Shown: piece by piece, positions 1 through 12,274 of the stretch
Position numbering within the stretch: the stretch's first letter is position 1
Layout: each line of letters opens with the position of its first letter
Source: Octopus bimaculoides
Taxonomy: Eukaryota
Assembly: GCF_001194135.2 (NCBI RefSeq)
Contig: NC_068981.1
Coordinates: 121,378,131 to 121,442,130, forward strand
Length of the DNA stretch: 64,000 nucleotides
Direction: 5' to 3'
Made by a program: the position numbers and the translations under genes
The notes under the pieces: model-generated
Databases searched by the model: none
Told to the model about the DNA's origin: nothing
Seen by the model: only the letters and a program-made list of their open reading frames with translations

Positions 1-269
1 GTTCATATTCCGCATCATATGTGTGAACAACACATGCAACCATGGGCAATTGTAAGGCCCTCATCTACGTGTATTTGATGTTTAAAATTGGTTGCGTTTC
101 AGTTATGAGGACCGACTCCTATATTTGTCGCAACGATGCGTCACCGGGGTGTCTAGACAGAATTTCTATGCTAATTCTGTCCAGTACACCACCATGTTGT
201 TCTTTGGCATGCTGGTTCTTTGGCACATGGTTGCATGTGTTGTTCACACATATGATGCGGAATATGAAC
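1..269. repeat. Inverted-repeat-bounded segment (MITE-like or fold-back); left end may extend beyond the window
   Basis: 1-44 is the exact reverse complement of 226-269; additional internal hairpin at 148-190. Confidence 0.8.
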
Positions 270-684
270 GTAAATAAATTAATTAAAATGTCTCTATTTG
301 ATCTGATATAAACGAAATTGTTACAAACACACATATGGACGCACATACTTACATATAAGCACCAACACATAAGTGCGTGCACACATATGAGCGTGCACAC
401 ATACGAGCTTGCACACACTCACATGCTCAAACCAAACAGTTTCGAAACAACTGCAAAACAACGCCAGATCATATATTCAAAATAAATGGAAGTGGAGAGA
501 CAAGTTACTGAAGAGATTGCAAGAGTGCAATGGAATAATTTAACAAAAAACTATATAAATTAATAAAGGACTGAACCAGTGCGTGTGTTTATTACCGGCA
601 TAATGCCTCTCCCAAGGTTTAATTGTATTTCTTTCAACACACGTATCGACATCAAGAATCTTGCACACGAAATACACATACGAA

Positions 685-719
685 ATATATATATATATAT
701 ATATATACATGCATGTCTA

Positions 720-762
<43 letters not shown>

Positions 763-781
763 ATATATATATATATATATA
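685..781. repeat. Compound microsatellite (AT)n-(ATCT)n-(AT)n
   Basis: Directly visible. Confidence 0.95.
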
Positions 782-1611
782 ACACCTTATCAAGCAGCGA
801 TCTCAATATAGAGGGATAAAAATATATAGTATCAAACTCAAAATCCGACCTTATGTTTATCCTTTAAACCGATCAATTACAGTATTGCTATTATCCCATT
901 GTTCTAGCAACATAGTTTCTCTTTGATTCTGATATTAAAATTTCGAAGTATTTCCCTTCTAACCCGATTTCAATTCACGTCAGGTTTAACAATCTCGAAG
1001 TGGACTTATTACTGAAATTAACTCTGTGATCTTTCAGAATAATGAAAGCTTTTCTCTTTGCTAAGCATTCTAATCTCTTCAATTTTGCCACGTCTAGGGA
1101 GGAATTTAACCTCAACGTTAATATTATTTCAGTTATCTATGTTAGCTTTCTTATATTTAGCAGAAATGGTGACATTCAACAACTTATCATATAGACCATA
1201 AGTGACTTCGTATAGGTTGTTGGTCTTTTAAAAAACTACGAATTTCTTTTAAGAGCTTCTGAAATGTCTAATTTCAGATTACTTATTGGTTACTAAATCT
1301 AGGAGGCCCACTTCAAAAATGACGATATCTTTTATCGTGCCAGAGTATTTACCTGTCTTTAAATCATAACGTTAAGAAGCAGTGGAGGATAATGTAGTAT
1401 CAAAGAAGTAAGGCCTTCCATCTCAGCCGTCTCACGAAGTCTTCAACTTTCTCGAGAAATATCGTAAGGTGTAGTTTATTCGGTGGTGTATGTTCCTAGC
1501 AGAGTATCCCATATGGTATAAATCCATAATCGTGTGTAAATTGGTCTAATTTAGCATCCACCTCCCTCTCGTTTATTTTCATGTGATGTCTCTTGTTCTA
1601 TTGTCCTAATT

Positions 1612-1668
1612 TCTCTCTCTCTCTCTCCCTCTCTCTCTCTCTCCCTCTCTCTCTCTCTCCCTCTCTCT
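1612..1668. repeat. (CT)n microsatellite running into assembly gap
   Basis: Directly visible. Confidence 0.95.
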
Positions 1669-2160
1669 NNNNNNNNNNNNNNNNNNNNNNNNNNNNNNNN
1701 NNNNNNNNNNNNNNNNNNNNNNNNNNNNNNNNNNNNNNNNNNNNNNNNNNNNNNNNNNNNNNNNNNNNNNNNNNNNNNNNNNNNNNNNNNNNNNNNNNNN
1801 NNNNNNNNNNNNNNNNNNNNNNNNNNNNNNNNNNNNNNNNNNNNNNNNNNNNNNNNNNNNNNNNNNNNNNNNNNNNNNNNNNNNNNNNNNNNNNNNNNNN
1901 NNNNNNNNNNNNNNNNNNNNNNNNNNNNNNNNNNNNNNNNNNNNNNNNNNNNNNNNNNNNNNNNNNNNNNNNNNNNNNNNNNNNNNNNNNNNNNNNNNNN
2001 NNNNNNNNNNNNNNNNNNNNNNNNNNNNNNNNNNNNNNNNNNNNNNNNNNNNNNNNNNNNNNNNNNNNNNNNNNNNNNNNNNNNNNNNNNNNNNNNNNNN
2101 NNNNNNNNNNNNNNNNNNNNNNNNNNNNNNNNNNNNNNNNNNNNNNNNNNNNNNNNNNNN

Positions 2161-2195
<35 letters not shown>

Positions 2196-2218
2196 CGAAC
2201 ACACGCTTACACACATAT

Positions 2219-2960
2219 ATAGAGGTTGCGATGTGTAAATTGTCACCATTGTATATTCTTAATTTCGCGCATGCGCAATGTTTATTTTTGAGTTTGGCGA
2301 TTACACAGCATTGTAGTGTCAGTTGGGAACCATCTATGTGCAAAACAGCACCATGAAACAGTTCGCTCTACCAGAAGTTTGAAAACGATATGCTGTACGG
2401 CTCTGCTTGGCATTGGCACCAGAAGCTCCAATATGAACATATGAGAGTGTTTGGGTGCCAATCTGAGGACAGTGCAATCTGAAGACACATAAATCTGAGG
2501 ACAGTGATAAAAATCAAACATCTAGTCAACATTATGGTGTTTGGAGTGATCACTAGTGATGGCGACGTTATGCCTCTATTCACCATCTTACATAGCCTCA
2601 GACTCAACACAGAGGCCTACGTGAAGTGCCTGGAGGAGGTAGTGCTGACCTGGGTCAAGAGGGTGGCTCTTGGAACACCCTATGTATGGCAACAGGACTC
2701 TGTATCATGCCACACAAGCAGGAGAACCCAGTTTTGACCGTCAGACAATTTCTGCGACAACATCATCCCTAACATCTGGCTAGCTACCTCCCCAGACAAC
2801 AACTCCCTTGATTATTATGGTTGCAGGAGATTCCGAAGTTGTCTGGAGACCATGGTTGAACCAATGGCGTTTCTATTGAATACATTTACTCTTTAATATA
2901 TTGGAACATACTTTTATGTAGTTTTGGTAAATATACGATGTCATGTCCAGTGAAGTTAAT
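2219..2960 (+). mobile_element. Internally deleted Tc1/mariner-superfamily DNA transposon remnant
   Basis: ORF 2504-2737 carries DDE-core motifs IMVFGVITSDG and YVWQQDSVSCHTSR; downstream reads IW..TSPDNNSLDYY (WPxxSPDxNPLD-like) then CRRFRSCLE; degenerate N-terminus from ATG 2353; multiple stops and frameshifts. Confidence 0.85.
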
Positions 2961-4037
2961 AAAAATCTAAGAGTAGCATTTCATATTCATATGTAAGCAT
3001 GCTTCACACTGACAACTCTTCTGGTTCAGGCACTGCTGATAATGTAAAACAAGTGAGCGAATCGCAAGAAGCATTTATTCGATGATCGTGCGTATTCCTG
3101 TTCAAAGGCTGCCCTTAATTCGTTGATTGTTACCAGATTCGTATTGCAGATTTTATCGCTTGTACTTCCCCCATAAAATTATCTTATGGTACGAGGTCTG
3201 ATGAACGAGGAGAGCATTTCACTTTTTGGCCAAGTCTCATCAAAGTAAGTTCTTAGGTTACTTCAGTTGTGTGAGTTTGATCCGTCTCGCTGGATATAAG
3301 GCCCCACATTTGGCACGGCAGAGTATCGGAATAAGTCCAAGTAATCGGGGCCATTCACAGTACCATAAAAAACGAACGTTTAATTAATCTTTTTGAAAAT
3401 AAGATGCACCATATTGAGACTACTGGTAAATTAACATTATGTTCCTTTGTAATATGAGGATTCTCAGCTTCCCGATAAGTGTAATTGTGACCGTCAATTG
3501 AGGCATTTAATTTGAATGTAGCATCAATACCGCAAACAATCTACGATAGAAAGTATGCCACTTCTGCAGATCTTGCCAAGAACCACACGCAAAGATTCCA
3601 CTCTTCGGTTCTGATCATCTTGATTCGGCGCAAGTACTATTCAATGATAACACTTCAAAACGTGATGGAAATTTATGAAATTCCTGTCTTTTGACTCACG
3701 TGACGCGTAGATTTTCTTGAACTCTGGCAACACGTTTCTAGTACATGTTCTTTCTTTGTTTGGTCTACGATAATGTTTCTTGTGGACATTGTGAAGAGTT
3801 CCATCAGCTTATCGAGTGACGGTACGTCGCGGAAAGAACTGTTTGAAACTTCTTGTTAAACTATTTTTGTACTCAGAATATGGTTTCAAAATTCCATTAG
3901 AGCTGTAGGCTAAATTTCCTTTTTTCAAAGATAAACCTGGTCCATTTTTATAAATTTCTAATAGATTAAATCTTATAAGAGATATGAAAATTGCGTTATT
4001 CACCTGTTAAAGTATTGGTTATCCTGATACATATACG

Positions 4038-4073
<36 letters not shown>

Positions 4074-4351
4074 NNNNNNNNNNNNNNNNNNNNNNNNNNN
4101 NNNNNNNNNNNNNNNNNNNNNNNNNNNNNNNNNNNNNNNNNNNNNNNNNNNNNNNNNNNNNNNNNNNNNNNNNNNNNNNNNNNNNNNNNNNNNNNNNNNN
4201 NNNNNNNNNNNNNNNNNNNNNNNNNNNNNNNNNNNNNNNNNNNNNNNNNNNNNNNNNNNNNNNNNNNNNNNNNNNNNNNNNNNNNNNNNNNNNNNNNNNN
4301 NNNNNNNNNNNNNNNNNNNNNNNNNNNNNNNNNNNNNNNNNNNNNNNNNNT

Positions 4352-4386
<35 letters not shown>

Positions 4387-4488
4387 TATACATACATAGA
4401 AATATGTATACATACATATATATATATATGTATGTATGTGGATGGGTGTATGTACAACATATATATGTATGTGTACACAGACGCACAT

Positions 4489-4526
<38 letters not shown>

Positions 4527-5299
4527 TCACCTATATGTGCATAGAGAATCATGGAGATGATAACAATAACAAAGAGATGGAAATGTTATCTTATTCAATT
4601 ACTCCCGATATTTCGGGTAAAATATTCGAGATTTGAAATGTTGACAGATTTATTCATTCCCAATGCCGTATCTCAGGTTTTTGGGGTGGGGGAGATTAGC
4701 TATATTCTTTATATATGTATTTTAGCCCTCTACTGTGCTACAAGTATTTATTCCCTCGTCAATCGTTTACCCTTTAGAATAATTCATTCGTGCATAGATG
4801 TAAGGTCCACTATTGTATACCAATTTAGTTTTATTTGCTTTGCGGTCTATTGCATTGCAATTGCACCTCTTGCATTGTGCATTGGAAATCGATGACAAGA
4901 GGTTGCACTTGTAAGGTCAGTACTGTTGTTGCTGTTTACTACATTCAGATTTGATTTCAGATTCCTAACATACATTCGTAATTAATAGCTGCTTGTTCGC
5001 ATGTTTACATGCCTGTACCTTGTTACTGATAAGGTTTTATGACGCTATGCAGTTTGTGTTATGTTTTGAGATTTGTGATAACATATTCATAAATTCTATT
5101 CTCGGTATGCATTGTGACCATCTAATATATCTTACGTGAAATTTGTGCGTATTTCATAGGCTTTGTGTCTGATATATTTATTGCATGTATTTGGTCTCCA
5201 CTGTTGTATATCTTGCAAGAATATTTTGTTATCTAGTGCTTTGATTGTTGTGAGCGAGAAAAAAACTTTTGAGGAGAGGATTTAGATTCTCCATCATAA

Positions 5300-5520
5300 A
5301 CAAAAACGAAAACTTAAAAATCGAAAAATACAACATAAAAAAGTACTAATCTACAACGGCTATTCTAGTGAACTAATAGACCAATTCTTAGAACAAAACG
5401 AACACAAATACAATGCAAAAAACATATCAGATGCATAACGTTTAGCGATACAAAGGCTACACAAAGTGTATTAATCTATAAAATGTAGACTAACAATCGA
5501 ATAAATGGACACATTTTCAA
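5300..5520 (+). mobile_element. Possible highly decayed Penelope-like RT C-terminal remnant
   Basis: ~5334-5390 translates HKKVLIYNGYSSELIDQFL, resembling the LxxNGYPxxxI motif of Penelope-like RTs; single short motif only. Confidence 0.3.
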
Positions 5521-5600
5521 AATTAAATACACACGCATCTTATGTACACACTTGTCCCATCACATACGCAAAGAATGGAAATTCTATAGTTGACAATGAA

Positions 5601-5872
5601 GGGAAGTGGATTAGTGGTTAGAGTATTCGGCTCACGATCATAAGGTTGTGGGTTCAATTTCCGACGACACAACGCGTTGTATCCTTGAGCAAAACACTTT
5701 ATATTCATGTTGCTGGCAAAAGTGAGTCGTACCTGTTTTTCAAAGCGCCAGACTTGTCACAATGCGTGTCACTGATTCTTCTCGAGAACTAGATTAAGAG
5801 CACACGTGTCTGTGGAGTGCTGAGTCACTTGCACGTTAGTTTCACGAGCAGGTTGTTCCGTTTATAGGAATG
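5601..5872 (+). mobile_element. tRNA-derived SINE, family C
   Basis: A-box-like TGGATTAGTGG (5607), B-box-like GGTTCAATTTCC (5651); 3' part shared with 29790-30040. Confidence 0.8.
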
Positions 5873-6157
5873 CCCCAGTACCAGTTATACAGTTGACATT
5901 TTTCATAAACGAAAGAATGACGCTGGCGTATGTTTCGACAATTGAGGATTCCAGTTATTCTCTCTACTTACTCAAAGGATTATGGTCGAGTAGTCTATAC
6001 ACATTTGTATCGCTTTCATAATTTGTAGACAAATGTGGCGTGATATTGATTGTGACAAAGTTGTGATGTAGTTTTGCAGGTACTGTACATCCAATGGGAC
6101 TTCCATACTTTTGGTCTGCCTTTTCAACTCACAAATAAAGGAACCATGTATCCGTAT

Positions 6158-6303
6158 AATTAACAATTAAAAGCACAATAAATGAGTATAATATAAAACA
6201 AAGTAAATATCATAAGATAAAGATAATAAAGATAATATCTTTATCTTATGATATTTACTTTGTTTTATATTATACTCATTTATTGTGCTTTTAATTGTTA
6301 ATT
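6158..6303. repeat. Perfect long palindrome, 68-bp arms, 10-bp spacer
   Basis: 6158-6225 is the exact reverse complement of 6236-6303. Confidence 0.95.
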
Positions 6304-6373
6304 TTTCTATATGCGATAGTGGATTTTCATCGATGAGTTCTTGAAACTTGGTTATTTTCCCTAAAACTATATA

Positions 6374-6415
<42 letters not shown>

Positions 6416-7944
6416 TTACACAGTATAATAGTAATGATTTTGATTGAACAATTCACATTGAAAACGATGATGGAGAATCGAACTTGTAAGCAGTTGATAA
6501 TGCTGTCATAAATCTTTAAAATGTAGTATAAATATATACCTGTTTAAAATATATACGCAAGTACTTAATTAGATTAGTCATCTTGAGACATTCTAGTTTA
6601 CATTTTCAGATGTATAGATTCCATTAAAATTTGATATAAGTGACCTGATACACTGCTTATCAGTGTAAAGAAATTTACAAATTTACATACCATTTCAATA
6701 CTTTTGGATCATCTCCAAAACAATTTTATGCGAAATGTCGAATATTTTATTGTGAAACGTTAAATAAAATAAAAAGGCTTTTGATGCTAAAATAATACAA
6801 CATCGCGATAAAATGCATTAACACAGATGTAATACATCATTAATTTCTTTGGTACATCATTCAAAAGTTCTTTAGGTCGCGAAAACATAATAGTGTGTAA
6901 AGTTCCCAGGAGCACTGACAATATAGCTGTAGTAAAATTGGCAAGATCAGGAATAGAAATCGTGTTAGGAAGCGGCTAGTTATAAGCCAAGCTTTTACTA
7001 TATTACATAATACGTTATTGACGTGTATTATATCTATTGCCATGTTGAACTTTCCATTGATACATATGAATGGCTACATACTCTCGACTATAAAAATTGT
7101 TATATCAAAGAAATTCTTTATTGAAGCCTGGTTTACAGTATAATATTATGTGAAAGCATCGTTTGTTTTAAAATTCATTTCCATGATTAATTATTCCTGG
7201 TGGTATTATAATCCTAACGTTACTTAGTAGAATATTACCTAGATTGTTGCTAACAGCAGCAACATCAAGATACCATGACAGATAAAGACAACCCTTTTCA
7301 TACTGATGATTATATTCTGAACAGAACGTCTGACAGTAATATTGGTCTATATCGAAATTTATTGCTATTGTTGTTGCTGAGGCGTAAGCCATCTCTTAAT
7401 GAGGCAGCCTTATAATCAAACACATTAAGTCGTAATCATCCATACTCTTTTTTTTATCAATAGTTTACTACAGACTACATTATCTGATGTCTATTTTATA
7501 TTTTAGGCCAGTAACATGTGATTCGGAAGACTAACTTACTGAAGAGAAATAAGAATATAATCCCACTGGAAATACAACGAAATATATTTCTTTATAATAT
7601 GCGAAAGTATTTTACTAGATTTGATGAATAGCATTCTAATTTTATCATTTTTTTCCCTTTCTTGTTCAAAATGGAAGAAGGAATACACGTTAAATCCAAT
7701 TTCAATATCGTATTATCTCTTAACAGATAATCCATCTGACATTTACTACAGAAACAATATAGATGAAATGGTAAAATGAATAATTTCCTTGATAAATATT
7801 GAAAGTTTTTGAAATATTTATCTAGAGTTTCGTTGACCTCTTGGGTAATACAAACACATTTAACACCATTATGTATCTACTGGGGCCACAACTTGTAAAT
7901 AACCTGACTATATTACAAAACATATAAAGTTTTAATACAGTTCT

Positions 7945-8095
7945 ATATTTAAGAGATGAGGAATTACGTACATTATTTACATTTGACGGATATTTGTCCC
8001 CATCTTGTTTGTTGTTAACACAAGGTTTCAACTGATATACCTTCAAGTCTTCATCAGGTGTCTTGGGGAAATTTCGAATCTGGGTTTCTCCCATA
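7945..8095 (-). mobile_element. Penelope-like terminal (pLTR-type) fragment
   Basis: Minus strand has the CCTGATGAAG...GAAAC terminal motif typical of Penelope-like pLTRs; no ORF. Confidence 0.6.
8017..8062 (-). ncRNA. Degenerate minimal type I hammerhead ribozyme motif
   Basis: Minus strand: gacac CTGATGA a gactt gaaggtatat cagtt GAAA cctt gtgtt; stem I gacac/gtgtt, weak stem II, stem III palindrome broken (ACCT instead of ACGT). Confidence 0.55.
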
Positions 8096-8219
8096 AGAGA
8101 GATTTTTCTCCATGGTAACTGCAGTGTATTTGCCTTTCAACAGTTGAAATATGTGACAAACATATTTCACCCTTATTTTATTATTATTTTTTTTTTCTTT
8201 CCAACACCTCTCTCTTTTT
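8095..8219 (-). mobile_element. Polypurine tract and start of 3' LTR of the adjacent Ty3/gypsy element
   Basis: Minus strand AAAAAGAGAGAGG (8219-8207) immediately followed by TGTTGG (8206-8201), downstream of the integrase; distal LTR end not located. Confidence 0.6.
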
Positions 8220-8311
8220 GAGATTTTGATTCCCTAGAGAGTTCAATGCCCTTTCAGTTAGGAATTATTTCTAAATATTCAGTCCGTTTACGTTTTCTAT
8301 TACTGCTCCTT

Positions 8312-9390
8312 CTAGGCCCAATCTCTTTTGGTGCTGGCACGTCGAACATGTAAAGAAAACATCCTTTCTTCCGTATGTCTAGTTTTTAATTGATTTAGGT
8401 ATTGTTTATGCTCCCATCGTTGACCTTTTATTAAATACATCATGTTTCCAATTATTTTAGTCACTATACCGTCCTCCCAACATTCTTTACGGCCTTTGTA
8501 TATTTTGAAATGGACTTTGTCTTCCACATCAAAATGTTTTGTTGAATTGTTTGTATTCTCTCTATATGTTTTTTTTTTCTTTGGCAATAGTTTGTGGAAG
8601 ATGGATTTTATCTTCAGTGCGAACATTAGCTCTACAGGCGACTTGCCTGAACTGGTTTTCGGAGTGGGTATTATTCTGTACACTCTTAAGAATTGGGTTA
8701 GCGCTTCGTCATTTCCTACCTCGTTCCTTGCTTTATTTAGTGCTCGCTTAAATGTGTCTACGAATCGTTCTGCTTGCCAATTTGATCTCGGATGATAGGG
8801 TGGGATAACAAATGTGCATGATTGCATGCATTCTGCAAAAATTTGGAACTCATATCCTGTAAATTGTGTTCCCTTTTCCGATACTATGGTGTCCAGAACA
8901 ACGTATCGAGCAAAAAAATTGCAGGAACTTTAGTGTTGCCTTCGAGGTTGGTTGACTGCACTTACTTACTTCTGGCCACTTGGTAAAGCTATCAACAATG
9001 ATCAAGCAGTAAGGAACATACACCAGTCCAGCGTAGTCTATATGTACCCTGGACCACGGACTATCAGTCTCAGGCAACGATTGGTATTTCACCAGTGGTG
9101 CCTTCACTGCTAGTGCGCAACCTCTACATCATTTCACCAAATTTTCAATGTTCCGGTATATTGTCGGCCAAAACACGTAACTCCCCATCAAGGCTTTCAA
9201 TCTTGACATACCCAGGTGTCCACTATGTAATTCTTGTAATACGCGTTTCTGTAGTGAAGTTAGTGCTACCATTCTTTGTGCGTACATTAATACATCGTCG
9301 CAGAGTGAAAAATGGTTCGCATTCGTGTTTCTCTTGTTTATATTTCAAGGTTACTTTCAATTTCTATGATACAAGGCTCCATCTTTGGGA
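8312..9390 (-). pseudogene. Ty3/gypsy pol remnant: integrase (HHCC zinc finger, DDE core, C-terminus)
   Basis: LQELHSGHLG...CRGC zinc finger (~9250-9110, with one stop), PWSRVHIDYAG, IIVDSFTKWPEV, PPYHPRSNWQAERFVDTFKRAL, SPVELMF; frameshifted. Confidence 0.92.
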
Positions 9391-9394
9391 TGTT

Positions 9395-9920
9395 GTCAAC
9401 ACAAGCAAATTCACATTTGGAACTTGAGAAAAGTCTTGCGTATTTTCACAGTTCCACTTACAGATTGGACTTGTAATGTACGAATCAGCTGGTCGATTTC
9501 TCTTTCTGAAAATCTCAGTTTCTCCAGATTCTCCTTTAAGCATTTACTAACAAAGCTAGTGCTCCAATTTTTATTGCTATGAATATGAATTCACAGTCTG
9601 GTTATAGAAGCTGGAGATTTCAAAGCAGTTGTCCACTGATATCCTCTTTTTCTTTGATTTTCGAAAGAGATATTTATATCTGCAGGGCAGCTGACCCTTA
9701 TGATGGATGGTACATACCATTACCCCTATATCGCAAACAAGATCATCCAGCCGGTTATGTTTACATTTGACAGAAGTGTTGATGGGAATATTCCACTAGT
9801 ATTCTTTGAGTTGGTGTTTATGCATGTATTCCATAACAGAGGGATTTTCTAAGTGTATGTCAGGCCAGTCTTTTTTTTCGGATGGCATAGGTAGTACCAT
9901 GACGGAATTTTAGGACATTT
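9395..9920 (-). mobile_element. 3' fragment of REL-endonuclease non-LTR retrotransposon (same family as 44920-45790)
   Basis: Minus strand WNIPINTSVKCKHNR.D, IGALALLVNA, FSEREIDQLIRTLQVQSVSGTVKI; nucleotide similarity to 45290-45680. Confidence 0.75.
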
Positions 9921-10084
9921 TATGTATGTATATACATATATATGTATTGTGTGTGTATATGTGTATATGTGTGTGTATGTATGTATGTATCTATGTGTGC
10001 ATGCATATATGTGTGTGTGTGTGTGTGTGTGTCTGAATGTACGTATGTATGTCACATAGTTTAAGTGAAACTAAATACTGAAAG

Positions 10085-10763
10085 AGAAACATTAATATTT
10101 CTAAGTCTCTCTAAAGGAGACTACGGCAGCGGTACTGGATATTAATTGTTATCGTCAAGCCAATATGACAGTCCAAAAAATAGGACGAATGCTGCCGTTC
10201 ATTGGCTCCAAGAGGCCATCGCCTCTAGCTAGCTATGTGACACACGAACCTGTGACCATTATAACCTTCGAACAGGGGAGGTCACCCGCTTCCCTTTGCT
10301 GGTCTGGCATCTACAGACTAGTTTGAGGGTGTTGCCTCTTATCAATGTAGAGCAGCCGAACCCAGCAGGCGTCGTTACTGCCATGTTGGCTTGGTGATAA
10401 CCGTTAACATCCAGTACCGCTGCCGTAGTCTCCTTTAGAGAGACTTTAGAAATATTAATATTTCTACTTTTGAAAACCAGTGGATGTATTCCACTGAATT
10501 TAGGTAAATAATCCTTCGTACAGAGGGTCAGTAGCGACACCTGTTGGGTTCGGCTGCTCTACATTTATAAGGGGCAGCACCCTGAAACTAGTCTGTAGAT
10601 GCCAGACCAGCAAGGGGAAGCGGCTGACCTCCCCTGTTCGAAGGTTATAATGGACACAGGTTCGTGTGTCACATAGCTAGATAGAGGCGATGGCCTCTTG
10701 GAGCTAATCAACGGCAGCATTCGTCCTATTTTTTGGACTGCCATGTTGGCTTGGCGATAACTA
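10085..10763. mobile_element. Composite inverted/direct repeat element A-B-A'-C-B'-a' with 13-bp flanking direct repeat
   Basis: A 10085-10168 / A' 10381-10465 inverted; B 10169-10380 / B' 10529-10740 inverted (13 mismatches in 212 bp); partial second A' 10741-10763; TAAATACTGAAAG at 10072-10084 and 10764-10776. Confidence 0.75.
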
Positions 10764-11638
10764 TAAATACTGAAAGTTACTCAACTTTTCAAATACAAAG
10801 AATCGTGGACAATCATTCGCTTCATTAGAACTCTGTGATACTTGGCGATATGTGCTGTGATAATCGCGTATAATGCATTCGGAATTAAATATCCACTTTT
10901 AAGACAGAGAAGAACGACTTATAGCACGGCAGAGTAACAAAAGACTCAAGTTCTCGAAACAGGTATTTTCTGACAGTTCTCTCAACACTTTACCTCTCCA
11001 ATGCATTATCACAAGTTTGACTACGCTTGCTTTCAAACATCTAGTCAGTCTTCGTTTCAAATGCTCTGAATAATATAAAATTGGGGATGTGAATCATAAC
11101 TAATGCATGGGTGCTAATGAAATATGTCTTGTGTATCTCATGTGATACGCAGAATAGCCTAAAGGTTGATGAACTTAAATTTAGCCTCAATATGCCACAG
11201 ACCAGTGGAAGATCAACATTTTTAACACCGTATCTGTGTGATATCAACTGAAAATGGAAAATTCAAGAGGGAAAATTATAATCTGTCCAAAAGCTCAGAT
11301 TGCGATAAAATATTAATTCTCTACTAATTTGTATGTGTTGAATCTAAGATAACTTAAGCGACTTGCCACATATATCACTTTCCATGTTTCCATCATCTTT
11401 TTATTGCCAGTTCGTTGCAATGATTACACATATACGTTGCAATGATGTACGGCATATCTATACACAAATTCAGCTCTCAAGTATGGCCTTAGTACTGGTG
11501 TCTTAAGCGCCAATGAACACATGCACGGACTTACGTTTACATAGACAAACAGATGAAAATGTAAACATTCATCTATACATGCAAATAAACAGAAAAAAGA
11601 AGTCTTTCAAACTTGTTTTCAATGTATGTAACCATTAT

Positions 11639-11860
11639 GGCGACGAGCTGTCAGAATCGTTACCACGCCGTGCAAAATCTTAGCGGCATTTCATCCATCT
11701 TTAACGTTGTGAGTTCAAATTTCGCCGAGGTCGACTTTGCCGTTTATCTTTTCGGAGTCGATAAAACAATTACCAGCTGAACAGCGGTGGGGGTTCGATG
11801 TAATTCGACTTATCCCCTCCCCTGAGACTGCTGAGCTTATCCCAAAATTTGAAACCAATA
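11639..11860 (+). mobile_element. tRNA-derived SINE, family B
   Basis: GGCGACGAGCTGTCAGAATCG head, GAGTTCAAATTTC B-box, core GCCGTTTATCTTTTCGGAGTCGATAAAA. Confidence 0.85.
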
Positions 11861-11969
11861 TATATGCAACCATCTGCAAATAAGCGTAAATAAATACATA
11901 CATGTGAACGTGTATTTTCCGATACCGAATCATACCTCATCTATTTTATCCTTTTCTTTTCTTACCTGC

Positions 11970-12182
11970 ATCGATCGTTGGACTGTAGTCATGCTGGGAT
12001 ACCATATTTGGGGATTTAGAAGAACAAGTCAAGCCCTGTATTAGTCTAGAAATGTGATAATTTTTTATATTCTTGGAATTTTACCGAATGGGTAAGTTGT
12101 GGCTACGCTGGGGGACAAACACAATGACTTACACACATGCAGACACGCATGCACGCAGATACACAGATACACAGAAACTCTC

Positions 12183-12274
<92 letters not shown>

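Noticed and set aside
3189-3260. TACGAGGTCTG mariner-like terminus and a CTGATGA core
   Set aside because: No matching second TIR, and no stem II followed by GAAA.
4550-5250. Possible GIY-YIG-like remnant on minus strand (CKRCNC...KLVY)
   Set aside because: Spacing and YIG motif are not convincing.
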